This document shows, one piece after another, positions 62,683 through 64,000 of a stretch of DNA of 64,000 bases. Source of the stretch: Candidatus Aminicenantales bacterium. GTDB lineage: Bacteria > Acidobacteriota > Aminicenantia > Aminicenantales > Saccharicenantaceae. The stretch spans positions 1-64,000 of the forward strand of contig JBEKXF010000002.1 in the NCBI GenBank assembly GCA_049512315.1, in the 5' to 3' direction. The translations under genes and the position numbers were made by a program. The notes below the pieces were generated by a model. The model was not told the origin of the DNA and searched no databases. It saw only the letters and a list, made by a program, of their open reading frames with translations. Numbering within the stretch: position 1 is the first letter of the stretch; each line of letters opens with the position of its first letter.

Positions 62683-62809
62683 GGGTGACGGCTGCTCGTC
62701 GCCGACAGGAAGCCCTCAGGTTTCCTCGAAAAAAGTAAAACATATCTTAACATAATCCGGCAAAATATCAAGAAAAATCCGCCCCTAATGGGTATAATGA
62801 GGATCACGC

Positions 62810-63694
62810 ATGCCAGATCTTGAAGCGACGGAGCGCGCCTCGAGGACCCGGGGCCTCGTCGAGATCCACATCGCCGTGTTCCTCTTTGGATTCCCGGGGC
62901 TCTTCGGGAAATTGATCGCTCTCTCACCTCCCTTGATCGTTCTCGGCCGGGTCTTTTTCGCCGTCTTGGCTCTGGGCCTGGTCCTAGCCCTCAAACGTCA
63001 ATCGCTGAAAATCTCGCCGGTCCGCGACCTGGCCCTCCTCGCCCTCTGCGGCCTTGTCCTGGCCGCCCATTGGACCATGTTCTTCCGGTCGGTGCAGGTC
63101 TCGACCGTGGCTGTGGGACTCCTGGCCTACTCCAGCTTTCCTGTGTTCACGGCCTTCTTAGAGCCGTTGGCTTTCAGGGAGCCGTGGGATCCCTTGAGCC
63201 TTCTCTTCGCGCTCCTGTCCGCCGCCGGAGTTTTCCTGATGGTCCCCGGATATGACCTGTCGGACCCGGTCTTTCAGGGGGTTCTCTGGGGCCTTGGGGC
63301 GGGGCTGACTTTCGCCGTCCTGACCCTCCTCAACAGAAAGCTTGCCCGGGGGCGATCGGGTCTGACGGTCGCTTTTTACCAGGACCTTTTTGCTCTCGTT
63401 TTCCTTTCGCCGTTCGCGGCCCTCGGGAACTTTGCGCTGACCGGCCGGACGCTCTGGCTCCTCGCCCTGCTGGGGGTCTTCGGCACGGCGGCAGCGCACT
63501 CCCTCTTCATCAACGGGTTGAAGCGCGTCCGGGCCCGGACGGCGAGCATCATCAGTTCCCTTGAGCCCGTGTACGGGATCGTCCTCGCCCTGGTTTTTCT
63601 CGGAGAAATCCCCTCCTCGCGGACGCTTTCGGGAGGGGCCTTGATCCTGGCGGCGGCCCTCCTCGTCACCGTGAGGGCCGCCCGGACGCCCTAA
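62810..63694 (+). CDS. EamA/DMT family transporter
   Basis: About 10 TM segments, SSLEPVYG. Confidence 0.88.
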   Translation: MPDLEATERASRTRGLVEIHIAVFLFGFPGLFGKLIALSPPLIVLGRVFFAVLALGLVLALKRQSLKISPVRDLALLALCGLVLAAHWTMFFRSVQVSTVAVGLLAYSSFPVFTAFLEPLAFREPWDPLSLLFALLSAAGVFLMVPGYDLSDPVFQGVLWGLGAGLTFAVLTLLNRKLARGRSGLTVAFYQDLFALVFLSPFAALGNFALTGRTLWLLALLGVFGTAAAHSLFINGLKRVRARTASIISSLEPVYGIVLALVFLGEIPSSRTLSGGALILAAALLVTVRAARTP

Positions 63695-63709
63695 CTATTC
63701 TTTCCGTCC

Positions 63710-64000
63710 TTATTTCTTTGGCTGACCTTTTTTGATCTTCTGCTCTTCCTCTTTATGCCTTTGAACTAGCTGGGCCTTTTCGGCCTCGTGCCGTTTCTCG
63801 ACCTCGGTGATCCTGGCCTTCGCAGCGGCTTCGACTTTCTGCCGTCCGGCAGGGTTCCGCACGGCGGCTCTGTCGGAATCGGCCTTACGCCGGATCTCTT
63901 GGACCTCGGACTGCTGGTCCTGCTCCAAACGCCGCCGTTCCTGGTCATGGACCTGACGAATGGATTCTTCGGCGGCCTGGGAACTAGGGCGGACGAAACG
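63710..64000 (-). CDS. Partial CDS (charged coiled-coil C-terminus), truncated by the window edge
   Basis: Frame open from 64000 to the stop at 63710. Confidence 0.55.
   Translation of the reverse strand, partial: RFVRPSSQAAEESIRQVHDQERRRLEQDQQSEVQEIRRKADSDRAAVRNPAGRQKVEAAAKARITEVEKRHEAEKAQLVQRHKEEEQKIKKGQPKK

Noticed and set aside
62683..62809. SRP RNA (ffs), often found upstream of dnaX
   Set aside because: No convincing SRP hairpin in this gap

Overview
The window has two parts. 1-44066 is a mosaic accessory island downstream of an initiator tRNA-Met (44067-44143, minus strand). 44290-64000 is GC-rich core chromosome: nuoJKLMN, an MFS transporter, rnpB overlapped by a sigma-54 response regulator, an M16 peptidase pair, nifJ/PFOR, recR-ybaB-dnaX and an EamA transporter. 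The zinc-ribbon Ser/Thr kinase-TPR gene suggests Candidatus Aminicenantes (inference). The island holds remnants of several integrative elements: a RepB-type primase-helicase with iteron-like repeats, HNH and Cas4-like nucleases, a LexA / fused double C5-methyltransferase / HNH / Vsr module, an HTH-HEPN pair, a small tyrosine recombinase, a lone terminase-like ATPase-nuclease preceded by two paralogous unknown genes, and a large serine recombinase that ends inside a tRNA-Arg(CCG) fragment. Two observations stand out. (1) A complete SAM-I/IV-type riboswitch with promoter and terminator/antiterminator sits upstream of three unknown Cys-rich genes rather than sulfur-metabolism genes. (2) Five direct copies of a 90-190 bp unit (remnant of one protein C-terminus, with a terminator and/or an IS3-like end) alternate with unrelated cargo gene blocks like a cassette array. 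All calls come from reading motifs by eye; no searches were run.
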